This document shows positions 40,409 through 51,713 of a stretch of DNA of 64,000 bases, piece after piece. How positions within the stretch are numbered: position 1 is the first letter of the stretch; every line of letters begins with the position of its first letter. The stretch comes from Amoebidium appalachense. Taxonomy: Eukaryota; Protista; Ichthyosporea. The DNA lies in assembly GCA_963693365.1 (NCBI GenBank), contig CAVNZM010000003.1:7311312-7375311 (forward strand). The letters run 5' to 3'. The notes under the pieces were generated by a model. The model had not been told where the DNA came from. It ran no database searches and was given only the letters and a program-made list of their open reading frames with translations. The position numbers and the translations under genes are program-made.

Positions 40409-42078
40409 ACACACACATACACACACACTACCACCACCACCACCCACCCATCTCTCTGATGTTTGCTTGTGCCCCCACAGTCGCTGCTCGAACACGCCCA
40501 AAATGGCTGTCTGTCGGACCCCCCGGCCTGCCCCTCTACTACGAGACCACTGCCGACGCAGATGGGCTCATGCGCTACCGCTGCATCCGGGGCACCAACG
40601 AGGTGGAGGGGGCAGTGCACAACCCCCTGGCCACCCACTTTGGGGCCACACGCATGTCGCTGCGCCTGCTGGACGCCACCATGTCCAATAGGCGCCACCG
40701 CCACAACCTGCGTGCACACTACCGCAACCGCCTGGGCCAGGCATCGGGGCCCCCCCACTACAGCCCCTGGATTGTTGACGACATGGAGGCACTGGCGCTG
40801 ATGCTGTACGGCCATCACCTCGACCCCCAGTGGGTACCCGTAGGCTGCTACAAGCTACCGGAGGAGTACTTCAACTTTGCCCCGCTCTCCTGTGTGGCCA
40901 ATGCCCCGGCGCAGGAGCCAGTTGCGGTGCCCGCACCCCCACCTCCGTCTGATAACATCGAGCCTGCAGCCAATGGCGTGATGGGCGGGCCAGAGGACTG
41001 TGAGGTCGAGGAGGGTGACGGTGCTGCCATGGGGGGGGGCAACCAGGTGGCGCGTGGTGCACCACAGCCGGACCCTGCACTGAGGGGCGACTACAAGTTC
41101 CTGGCGCAGAAGCAACATGTGGCCATCCCCTTCCTTCCGGTGCTTACCCCTCAGGAGCGCAAGCTATTCAGCACGCTGCTCCTGGGCACCTACAAGGCAC
41201 ATGCAAAGCCCAACGGCCAGCTGTTCGAGGCTTTGGCCCAAGACTTCAACAAGGCTGCCTCTGTGGCTGGGGGAATCTACATGAAGGATGCGGCCTACAT
41301 CAAGAAGCATTTCGACAAGTGGAAGACCTGGCAGACGGCACATGCACAGCGCTCCACACACGAGGGCCTGGCAGATCACCGCAAGCGTATGCGCGAGGAG
41401 AGGGCAGACGCTGTGCCAGCAACCATACGGCCTGCCCCCTTGCCACCCCTCCCTGTTCCAGACGGTGTCGATGCAGGGGCGCAGCGTGAGCGGCCCTTGC
41501 CCATGCTAGTGGGCAAAAAGCATCGCAACATTGGCCCTGAGGGGCCCCTGCAGATGGATTTGCCGGTGCCCCCTCCTATGCAGCCACCCCAGAGAGCCCC
41601 CAAGACCTGCAAGACGTGTGGCCGCCAGGGCAAGGGCTGCCCCGGCTCCAATCGGGCCAAGAGCTGCCCACGTTGGGTTGCAGCCAATCAGGATGCCATG
41701 CCACCAGCACCCGCGCTTGACATGCAGCAGGGCCATGTGCCGCACATGCCCCCTGCACCCCATCCAGGCCCGCACCACCCACATGGCTGGCCCCCACCGT
41801 GGGGCATCATGCCGCCTCAGCCCGGCCCTGCCTTCCCCATGCCTGGGCTACTGCCGCAGCACGGTCCCCATCCTTACTTGGGCCATGTGGGCCAGCCCTC
41901 GGCTGGTGGGCAGTTCCCACCCCCTTCTCGTGCATCTGCTGTGCTGGGCCTGGCGTTGCCACCTGCTGGAGAGACGCAGCTGCAATGGCACGATCGAAAG
42001 CAAAGTAATCGTGGCCGCAAGTCTGCAGGCAGCCAATCAGGATCTCAGAGTAGTCAGAGTAGCCAAACTAGTGTCTAA
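34167..42078 (+). CDS. Mutator-like DDE transposase (DUF6729-type) with an internal WRN/EXD2-type 3'-5' exonuclease; 6 exons, about 1538 aa after correcting one homopolymer frameshift
   Basis: Exons 34167-35316, 36305-36493, 37468-38298, 38758-39398, 39863-40069, 40481-42078. Motifs: GGAREGAGRK; Cys-rich RRVIDFDSCYYIITARYFCDTC..FPAYLSHRSGLD; D1 LKADHTF; D2 FYTDRCC; exonuclease GLDCEW..KVG..D..YAALDAY; DAFH; RGTNEVEG; C-terminal CKTC..CPG..C knuckle. One C is missing at 40519-40524 (SDPP/GLPLYY). Confidence 0.8.
37085..37378. repeat. Degenerate G-rich tandem repeat (GTGGGCACATGGGTTTGGGGGG..., about 5-6 copies) in a transposase intron
   Basis: Directly visible. Confidence 0.8.
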
Positions 42079-42513
42079 TATTGGAATGTACACCAATGTA
42101 ACGGATCTCATATGTGTTGTAGTGCTTCAAGTTATACCTGTTCTTCGTACAGTCATGTTAGGGGGGAGGGGGGGGGGGGGGGGGGGGCTAGCTTTCATTC
42201 CGAAGTTTACTGTAAAGAATTAAAATTTAGAATCTGAGTAATAGTACAGAGCCTTTGCACTTTTCTCTGTTTGTTAGGAATTCTTTGTGATCGAGAGTAT
42301 GGTGTGTTAGACTATTGGTGTTAATGTGTCCTGGAAGGTGTATAATGTCTGCTGGCCGTAGTCAGTATCTATTTTTAGGTATATAGTATATTTTTAAATG
42401 TTGGCCGCTGGCCAATAAATAGCAAATAATAAACACACGATAAAGTCAACAGCGTGCCAAAAAACTAATCCCCAGCGAGCGCACCCAGTGATGTGTGTGT
42501 GTGTGTGTGTGTC

Positions 42514-42577
<64 letters not shown>

Positions 42578-43905
42578 CGCGCGTGCGTGCGTGTGTGTGT
42601 GTGTGTGCGTGCGTGCGTGCGTGTGTGCGTGTGTGCGTGTGTGCGTGTGTGCGTGTGTGTGTGTGAGTGTGTGTGTGTGTGTGTGTATGTGTGGTGTGGT
42701 GTGTGCGCGGCTTGTACATATGTACGTGTTCATGTGCACCTGTGTCGGACCTACGAAGTACATGAAAGTAAATTTTGACAGCATCGATCTGCCGGTGTGT
42801 ATGTGTATGTGTGCCAGTGCAGCAGGTGTGCCTTGTAACTGATAGCTTCGCATTTTACGTGTGTGTATATATAGTAGTACGCATAGACACTTGCTGATCA
42901 TTCGGATCGACATTAATATTTAATCTGTCGGTCCTCGGTTTTTTGAGTGAATGATGATCAAGTGTAAGAGCATTCACTTGGCAAGTATTAATGTTGCAGA
43001 GGCTAGCTGCAGCTGCAAGCGTCGGATGCACACTGACAATTGTCTTTTCAGCGAGTCTAACCTGCAGGCAGCAGCTGCACACATATAGGGTTGTTATCTT
43101 GCGGCACATGCACGGTGATCATTTCAGAGTAATAGAGTTCAGAGCAATGAAAATAATGAAAATAACTAAACTTTGTGACTACTTTAAAGTTGCTGAGATC
43201 ATACGTGGTGCAAGCTGCACTATGAACACATGTATAGTGCTAGTAATTAATACATTTTTGTTGCCTTCTGCAGGGTTATCGTAGCTACGTCACGGCCTGC
43301 ACTCAGGGGGGGGGGGAGGGGGGGGGGGGAGAGGGGGGATGATTCGAAGGGGGTATAAATAAGAACATGCACCTAAAGGTCTTTCCCGTGGATCCTCCCC
43401 CCTCCCCCCCCCCACCTCTCCCTCCCCCGGGGCCCCATACTATGATATCTAGGCCCAATATTATATGCCCCTTCCCCCCCCCCCCCCCCCCCCCCCTCCT
43501 CTCCGGATCCCCGGACCCCACTTCCCTACCCGGAGGCTCAAGAGCTCCCCCCTTCCCCCCCCCTCCTCCCCCCCCCCTCCCCCCCCCCCCCAAGGCTTAC
43601 GGGGGCCCTTCTTCATCGAGGGGGAGGGGGTGGGGGTGGGGGGGGGTGGGGGGAGGGGGTGGGGGGGAGGGAAGTGGAAGGCGGGGGTGGATGCATGTCA
43701 GCCTAGGTGAATTCAATTGTTTAACTCCAGTGTGCAGGACTGGTCTGAAGGCTTAAGAAAACAACGAGGAAATGGGGTCCAGTGGAGGTGGTGGTGGTGT
43801 TCTGTGTGTGTGTGTACACGTGCACGTATGTGTGTGGTTTTTTTAAGGGGTGAGTGGTGGTGGTGGTGGTGGTGGTGGTCACCGTGGTGGTGGTGTGTGT
43901 GTCTG

Positions 43906-44001
<96 letters not shown>

Positions 44002-45664
44002 TAGAAAGAAAAACTGCTCGTGGGTCACTGTTTTTCGTCACTGTATTTGTAACGGGCCGCTCATATTTATATAACTACTTTAATTTAAGTACACGTGTTC
44101 ATTATCATATACGATGGCCAAATATAGAAATTTTGGCGTCGAAGTTCTTGGAGCTAAAAAAACGTTTAAAAGGGGGAAATAATAGCTTGGCCCCAAATTT
44201 ACCTTGCCGTTTTTAGCGAATGTATTTTTTATTCATGAGTTCTAGTGATTCAGTGAGTGCACGTGCCTGCCTCAGGCTGATCATGACAACTGCAACACAC
44301 CATTCCTACATGGATATCAACCAAAAGAAAATAGTATATACTGTGGTGGTCTCCTAAACCTTGTGCGGCATGCGCATACATGATATTACAGTGACGCATG
44401 TGCATATTATTGTTCTGTACACCGGAGTGTGCCGGTGCACGTGGCTGTTTTGTGCACATGTTACAATAGCAGCACGATCTCCCTAAACTCCATGTTTACA
44501 CATCCCTCACCCTGGCTCTGCCTTGTCGGTGCTCCAAAACACACATACAAATCCCCCTAGACTCAGTGCCTGCACATGGTCGCATTCACGTGCAGGTCAC
44601 GTGACACATGCGATGCCATACTGCCGTCTACAGCAACAACCACGGCAGCATGTATACCGGCCCAGCACGAAATATACTTATCGGCAGCCCACTGAACTCG
44701 CCCATTTTCTCTTTTTCATGTATGTCCCTCCTTTTTTGTAAAATCACCCTTTTTGGCCTCCCGGTAGTGGATTTTGCAGGATTTGACTTCTTTGAGGTCC
44801 AAAAACCTCAAATTTTCCCCGGCGGGGCCGGGGAGGGAGAATTCAAAAATTGCCCGCTCCTGATATGGTACCCGGGCCGCTCCGCCGATCGTGAGCAGAT
44901 ACAGTGCTATTTCGAACAGGGCCTCTCAGAGTTTTTTTTTCGTATACGTGTGGCCAGTGTTTGTGGTTGTATTTATTCACGGCATCGTACCGGCACACAC
45001 AAACGTTCACACAAACGTTTCTATGGCACTGGAATTTTGCAAGTAGGCAGCTTTATCAGTGGGACAAGGCTGCTCTGTTCGCTACCCTCGCGCGGTGTAG
45101 ACCCACAGTGACAACCCAATCCCACCTGCAAAACGTAGTTCTTGTGTGGCCCTGGCCCACAGAGTTTGGATTCAGCTTTCCCCATTGTGGATGTAAGGTG
45201 GGTAAGTCCTCTCCCTCCCTCTTACTCTCGCTTCCTCTCTCACTGTCTCCCTTTCTCCTCGCTTTCTCTCTCTCTCCCCCTTCCTCCCTCCCTCCTCCAG
45301 CCCTTCCCCCCATTCCTTCCCTCCCTCCCTCCCTTCCTACCTCTCTCTCCACCCCTCCACCCCTTACTTCCTCAATTCTCCCTCGTTTTTCGTCACGCGC
45401 TCGCTCTCCCTCCTTCCGTACCTCTCCCTCCCTCCGACCCTCTCCCCCCTCCACCCCCCCCCCCCCCCCCACCTCGCTCCCCCCCCCCCCCCCCCCCCCC
45501 CCCTCTCTCTCTCTTTTGTCTCTCTTTCTCTCTCTTTCGTTGCCTCCATCCCCCGTCACCCCGACGTCTATCTTTCGCCTCTCGTTGTCACGCCCATCAC
45601 CAGTCTCCACCATACTTACTGGCTACCTCCCTCTACAGGCATCGCTCTTTCTCGTGTCCTGCCC

Positions 45665-45697
<33 letters not shown>

Positions 45698-46485
45698 ACC
45701 ACCCGAAAAAAAAAAATAACCCCCCAAGAAAACCTTGCCTGCACTCACTGCACGTCTCACTGACCACATGTCACTTAAAAAGCCACTCTCCATGTGCACA
45801 CACAGTGCAGCCCACCCTGTGCACGTTGCAAAAACGTTTTTCTGACCATGTTCCACCTGCAGGCGCATTTTCTTGTTGACGAGGGTCACAACGAAAACGC
45901 TACCATGCAGTACGTGTAAACCCCGGCCCGCGCTTCCTTTTCCTCCAACTCTAACACACACGCCTCGCTAAATTCTCACATTTTTCATTCTCTTCTTCTT
46001 CTGGCTTCACACAAGCATGCACTCACACACACTCTCTATTTCTCTTTCTTTCTCCCTCTCCCTCCCTCCTTCAGCCCCCCCCCCCCCCCCCCCCCCCCCC
46101 CCTTCTCTTTCCCTCCCTCCCCATCCCTCACCCCCTTACTCCCTCCCTCCCTTCCTCTTCCTCTTGCCCTCCCCTTCATCCTCCCTTTCTTTCCCTCCAT
46201 CCCCCCCCCCCCCCCTCCCCCCCCTCCCCCTCCCAGCCTCTTCCTTCCCTTCTCCCCTCACTCTGACATCCCACCTTCTTGCCTTTCTCCCTCCCTCCCT
46301 CCCTCCCTCCCTCCCTCCCTTCTTCCTTTATGATTAATGGAGATTGGGCTGCAGCAGTGGCAGGGCGTTTGAAAGGTGCTGGGGGTTGGGCACATGGTTA
46401 ACTGCCAGGCTTGATACAAATTACCGATATGCATGGGTTTCATTTGCGCAAGAATCCTCTCTTCACCCACCCACCCACCCACATC

Positions 46486-46545
<60 letters not shown>

Positions 46546-46919
46546 CTCTCTCTCTCTCTCTCTCCCCCTCTCCCTCTCCCTCTCCCTCCCCCTCCCCCCC
46601 CCCCCCCCTCTCTCTCTCTCCCTCTCCCTCCCCCTCTCCCTTTCCCTCCCCCTCCCCCTCCACCTTCCTCTCCCCCTCCCCCCTCCCCCTCCCTCTCCCC
46701 TCCCCCTCCCCCTCCCCCTCTCCCCTCCCCCTCCCTCCCTCCCTCCCTCCCTCCCTCCCTCCCTCCCTCCCTCCCTCCCTCCCTCCCTCCCTCCCTCCCT
46801 CCCCCTCCCTCCCCCTCCCCTCCCTCCCCCCCTCCCCCCCCCCCCCCCCCTCCCTCAATCCCTCCCTCCCTCCCTCCCTCCCTCCCTCCCTCCCTCCCTC
46901 CCTCCCTCCCTCTCTCTCT

Positions 46920-47006
<87 letters not shown>

Positions 47007-47413
47007 CTCCCCCCCCCCCCCTCCCCCCCCCCCCCCCCCCCCCCCCCTCTCTCTCTCCCTCTCTCTCTTTTCTCTCTCTCTCTGCTTCCTTCCCTACCCT
47101 CACACCCACTGACCCCTTCTCCCTTCCCCATTACGCACCCTCACTCCCCCCAGGCTCCCCCCCCCTCTCGATCCCCTCTCTGCCCCCTCTTACTCTCTCT
47201 CTCTTGCTTGCTCTTTCGTTCCCCCCCCCCCCCCCCCCCCTCCCCCCCCCCCCCCCCCCCCCAAACACACACACACACACACTCACAGTCTCTGTGTGTG
47301 CTCGTTTATGCAAGATGTGCAAGATCTGCAAAGTGTTGCCCATTAAGATGGTGTACTTCGTTGTCTGTTGGAGATTCCGCCTCTTATTCGCCCTGATGAC
47401 TGGCTCTGTTTAA

Positions 47414-48065
47414 GGGCACCGGATCTGTGGGCTCTGGAGTTATTTGAGCGGCCTCGCTATAAGTAACAGAAGTCCCCGATTAATGGCCAATTGCTATCTA
47501 AATTTTGACTGGATCAAATTTTGTGGCTCACGGATTACGTAATCATCAGCCTCTGGCCCAATCGGGCAAAACACGAAATCACCCGGAGTAACCGTTTTTA
47601 AGCCGCCGGCATGATCCTCCACGCGCAGACTTCGGTATTTTTCACTAATAAACCCCCCTCGAAAATTGGCAGAAACGTTTTTTTCACATTTAAACGTTTA
47701 ATCAGAGCCGTTTTGTTCGCCTATGATTCTAAGGGTATGTCTATGTATTGGCTAGCATAGTGTATTAGGGAAGCATAGGTAATACACAGAGGCGAACAAA
47801 ACGGCTCTGAGTAAACCTTTATCCTAACGGGAAAACCACTTCTGCCAGTTTTCAGGAGGGGTTTACTAGTGAAAAGTGCCCAAGTCTGCGCGTGGGGGAC
47901 CAAGCGAAAGCGGACACACGGGAGTTGTTTCGTGGTTTGAGCGATTGGAGCAAATTCACATATTACGTAATCTGGTGAGCCACTTGATCAATGACATAAC
48001 GCTTGATTGGTCGCCGATCAGCAACCGCACTCACATAGTACGCAAGCCCCACAGATCCGGCGCCC
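47414..48065. mobile_element. 652-bp non-autonomous fold-back (near whole-length palindromic) element flanked by TTAA
   Basis: TTAA|GGGCACCGGATCTGTGGG...CCCACAGATCCGGCGCCC|TTAA, with nested inverted blocks (GTGGCTCAC, GATTACGTAAT, CCACGCGCAGACTT, TTTTCACTA, TCAGAGCCGTTTTGTTCGCCT) mirrored around ~47755. Confidence 0.85.
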
Positions 48066-48171
48066 TTAAACGCCTACTCCCGGCACCATTTTATATCTAT
48101 TCCCTTTTGGGGGGGAGGGGGGGAGGTTCTATGTGCCACCTAGTGTATCCTAAATTCCTAACCCCCCCCAG

Positions 48172-48405
48172 CAAAGTCAAGCACGTGCAGAAGCTCAATG
48201 AGGCCGAGCTGCGGCGGGGCATGGCCGGCACCACGGCGTCATGGCACGACGAGTATAAGGACAGCGCCTACATATATGTCGGTGCGTATCCTGTATGGTG
48301 TGTGTGTGTGTGTGTGTGCACGTGTGCATGTGTGTGCGTGGATGCGCATGTGGGCGTGCACGTGCGTTGCCTGTGCGCGTGCATGTGCGTGTGCGCGTGC
48401 GTGTG

Positions 48406-48445
<40 letters not shown>

Positions 48446-49322
48446 TGCGCGTGTGTGCGTGAGTGTGTTTCTGTGTTGGTAGGTACCCTATGTTGAGCAT
48501 AGAATAAGGCCTACTTCCTCTTCGCGTAGGCACGATATATGGAGTGTACGCGCAGGTGGCCTACATATATGTGGGAAGGGAGCAGTCCTACGTGTATGTT
48601 GGTAGGTTGCAAGCATGCATGTGGGGTATAGAGGCTGCATGCATGTATGTGGGGTATGGGGACAGCATGCTTGGGGAATTTACGGACACCAGCACCATGG
48701 ATGTAGGTAGTTAGCATGCATGCACACATGTAGAATATGCCTGTGTGGAGTATGAAGGTAGCATGCATGTATGTCGAGTTCACACATGTAGGGTGTAAGG
48801 ACAGTGCATGTGGCGTGTGTGCACAAGAATGAATGTTGCGCGTCGTGTGTAGACGTGCATGAACGTTGTGTGTGCATGTGCATGATTGGTGTGTGCACGT
48901 GCATGTGTCATATGTGCACGTGTTGGGTGCATGAGTGTAGAGTGTGCTCGTGCGTGGCTGTGATGTGTGCACGTGTTGGGTGCATGAGTGTAGAGTGTGC
49001 TCGTGCGTGCACCAGTGTGGTTGTGCATGTGCACGGGTTGGCTAGCGCTGCGCACGTGCATGAGTGTGGCTGTGCACGTGTTATGTGTGTGGTATGTGCA
49101 GATGCACGAGTGTAGTGCATGCAGGTGCATGAGTGTGGCTGTCCACGTGCACGGCCTGCACCGGGCATGCATGTGTGGTGCATGTGCATGCATGTGTGTG
49201 GTAGTCACAGGGTGGCCCGACTGACTGGCAGTGTTTCCACAGGGGGACTCGACTATGAGCTGACTGAGGGCGATCTAATCTGCATCTTCTCCCAGTACGT
49301 GGCCCTTGATACCAGCCCCCCC

Positions 49323-49367
<45 letters not shown>

Positions 49368-49468
49368 GGGGGGGCAAAAAAAGAAAAAAAAAGAAAAAGG
49401 AAACTTCCAACACCCTGCTTGCCTCTTCCCCGATGTCCTATGCCTTTGTTGCAGAATGATCGTTTTAC

Positions 49469-49515
<47 letters not shown>

Positions 49516-50705
49516 CCCGGTATCGGGAATAGTGGACATCAACTTAATAATCCCCCCCAGGTATGGGGAGATGATAGACATTAACCTAATAATCCCCTTA
49601 GGGTATCGGGAAATAGTAAACATCAACCTAACAATCCCCTCCAGGTATGGGGAGATAGTGGACATTGATCTGGTGCGGGACGGCAAGACGGGCAAGTCCA
49701 AGGGGTTCTGCTTCATTGCCTACGAGGACCAGCGCTCGACCGTCCTGGCCGTGGATAACTTCAACGGCGCAAAGGTGGGGGTGGCCTGTGGTATGCTTGC
49801 GTTTTGTTGTTTTTGTATAGGGGTTCTTTTGCTTTCTTTGGCACCCGTGATTTACCTTTTTGTTTCCTCTTTCCGTTTCTTGGCATAATTTTCTAGACCC
49901 CTCTCGTTCAGCCCTTTAACATCACACGCACGCACACAACACACACACTTCAGCACGTGCACACGCACGCATGCACGCATGTGCTCGCGCGCGCATGCGC
50001 GCACACACAGGACACACACACAGGACACACATACAGGGCGTGCGCGTCACGCACGCACACACACACACACACACACGCACACACACGCATACACACGCAC
50101 GCACACACGCACCATACACACGCACACGGGCACCAGCACGCTAACGGGTACATATACCTACAAGCACTTGGTGTCTGGGCGTACACATGCACGCACAGAA
50201 AGAAAGGGGGAGGGGGTGGGGGTAGGAGGGTAGGCATGGGTGTGGCACGGAGGGCGGTATGAGGGGAGGACAGGGTGATCAAGTGATATTGTTTGACCAT
50301 GCAGGATGGCGACATGTATGGTGGACTGTTGTTCATGCACATGGGTTGGTGTTTGTGTATGTTTGTGATGCCAAGATATATGTCGTGTGCGTATCTGTGT
50401 CCGTATGACTGCATACTATTGGCATGTGTGCTTGGCATGTGTGCTGACACCCCGCACCAGATTGTTGGGCGTACCATCTCTGTGGACCACACCAAGAAAT
50501 ATCGCGGCAAGAAGCTGAAGGAGGGAGAGGAGCCCCCAGGTACTAAGCCCCTCCCCCCCCTCCCCCCTCCCCCCCCCTCCCCCCTCCTTCCCCTACCCCC
50601 CCTTCACGGAAGGCTCTGCTTATGCACCATACGTTTATGTGTGTGCGTCTTCTTTGCAGGGCACATTCTTCATGGCAAGGTTGTGCTTCATTCTGTGAAC
50701 GGGAT

Positions 50706-50760
<55 letters not shown>

Positions 50761-50961
50761 ACACACAAATCCCCCACCCCACCCCTTAAAAAAACAAGCA
50801 AAACAAAAACCGTGCAAGAGGGTTTCCTCCATTGCCTTTGGCTCTATCTTCCATAGGTCTTGCCCATGATTCCCCTTTCTTGGGGTGTATGGCTGTCTCT
50901 CTTTGTTTGTGTAACCCCATCTGCCCCCGTCTTGTTTTCGCACTGCGTAAATGGTACTGCA

Positions 50962-50996
<35 letters not shown>

Positions 50997-51171
50997 AGGG
51001 CAGTTTAATCGTGCTTATGTAATTCAAAGGTAGTTCTGCCTCCCCCCCCCCCCCCCCCCCCTCCCCTTGAGGATGGGCTCTGCTGATGTTGCATACTTGA
51101 GTGTTTGCCTTTGCATGTGTTCTGCAGTGTTTCTCATCACGTAGTTATTCTTCGTACCATGTTCCCCATTC

Positions 51172-51208
<37 letters not shown>

Positions 51209-51466
51209 TTCCTTCCCCCCCCCCCCCCCTCCCCCTTTCCCTCCTCCTTCCCCTCCCATTTTCTCTGCACACCCAACAGGTCTTAACCAGATCTGCACAT
51301 CGTTAGTCACAATCTTCTCACATATATGAGAGAATGATCGTATTGGTACGATTTGTCTAATATCTGACGATTCTGCAGCATCCCTAAGACCCCCCTCCCC
51401 CTCCCCCTCCCCCCCCCCCCCCCCCCCCCCCCACCCCTCTCTCTCTCTCTCTCTCTCCCTCTCTCC

Positions 51467-51562
<96 letters not shown>

Positions 51563-51565
51563 CCT

Positions 51566-51617
<52 letters not shown>

Positions 51618-51678
51618 GCGCCTGTTGTTTTGCTTGTCATTTGTTGTTCTGGTTGATTACCTGTAATCTTCGCTTATT

Positions 51679-51713
<35 letters not shown>

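Larger units (their letters stand above)
33780..42400 (+). mobile_element. Putative DNA transposon carrying the exonuclease-transposase gene; termini not resolved
   Basis: Inferred from the transposase motifs; no convincing TIR or TSD seen by eye. Confidence 0.5.

Noticed and set aside
33785-42395. TIRs for the transposase element (CTAAAAATAGA..ACGGCC at ~33808-33832 versus GGCCGT..TCTATTTTTAG at ~42354-42378)
   Set aside because: Only 6+11 matching bases and no TSD found; could be chance. Needs multi-copy alignment.
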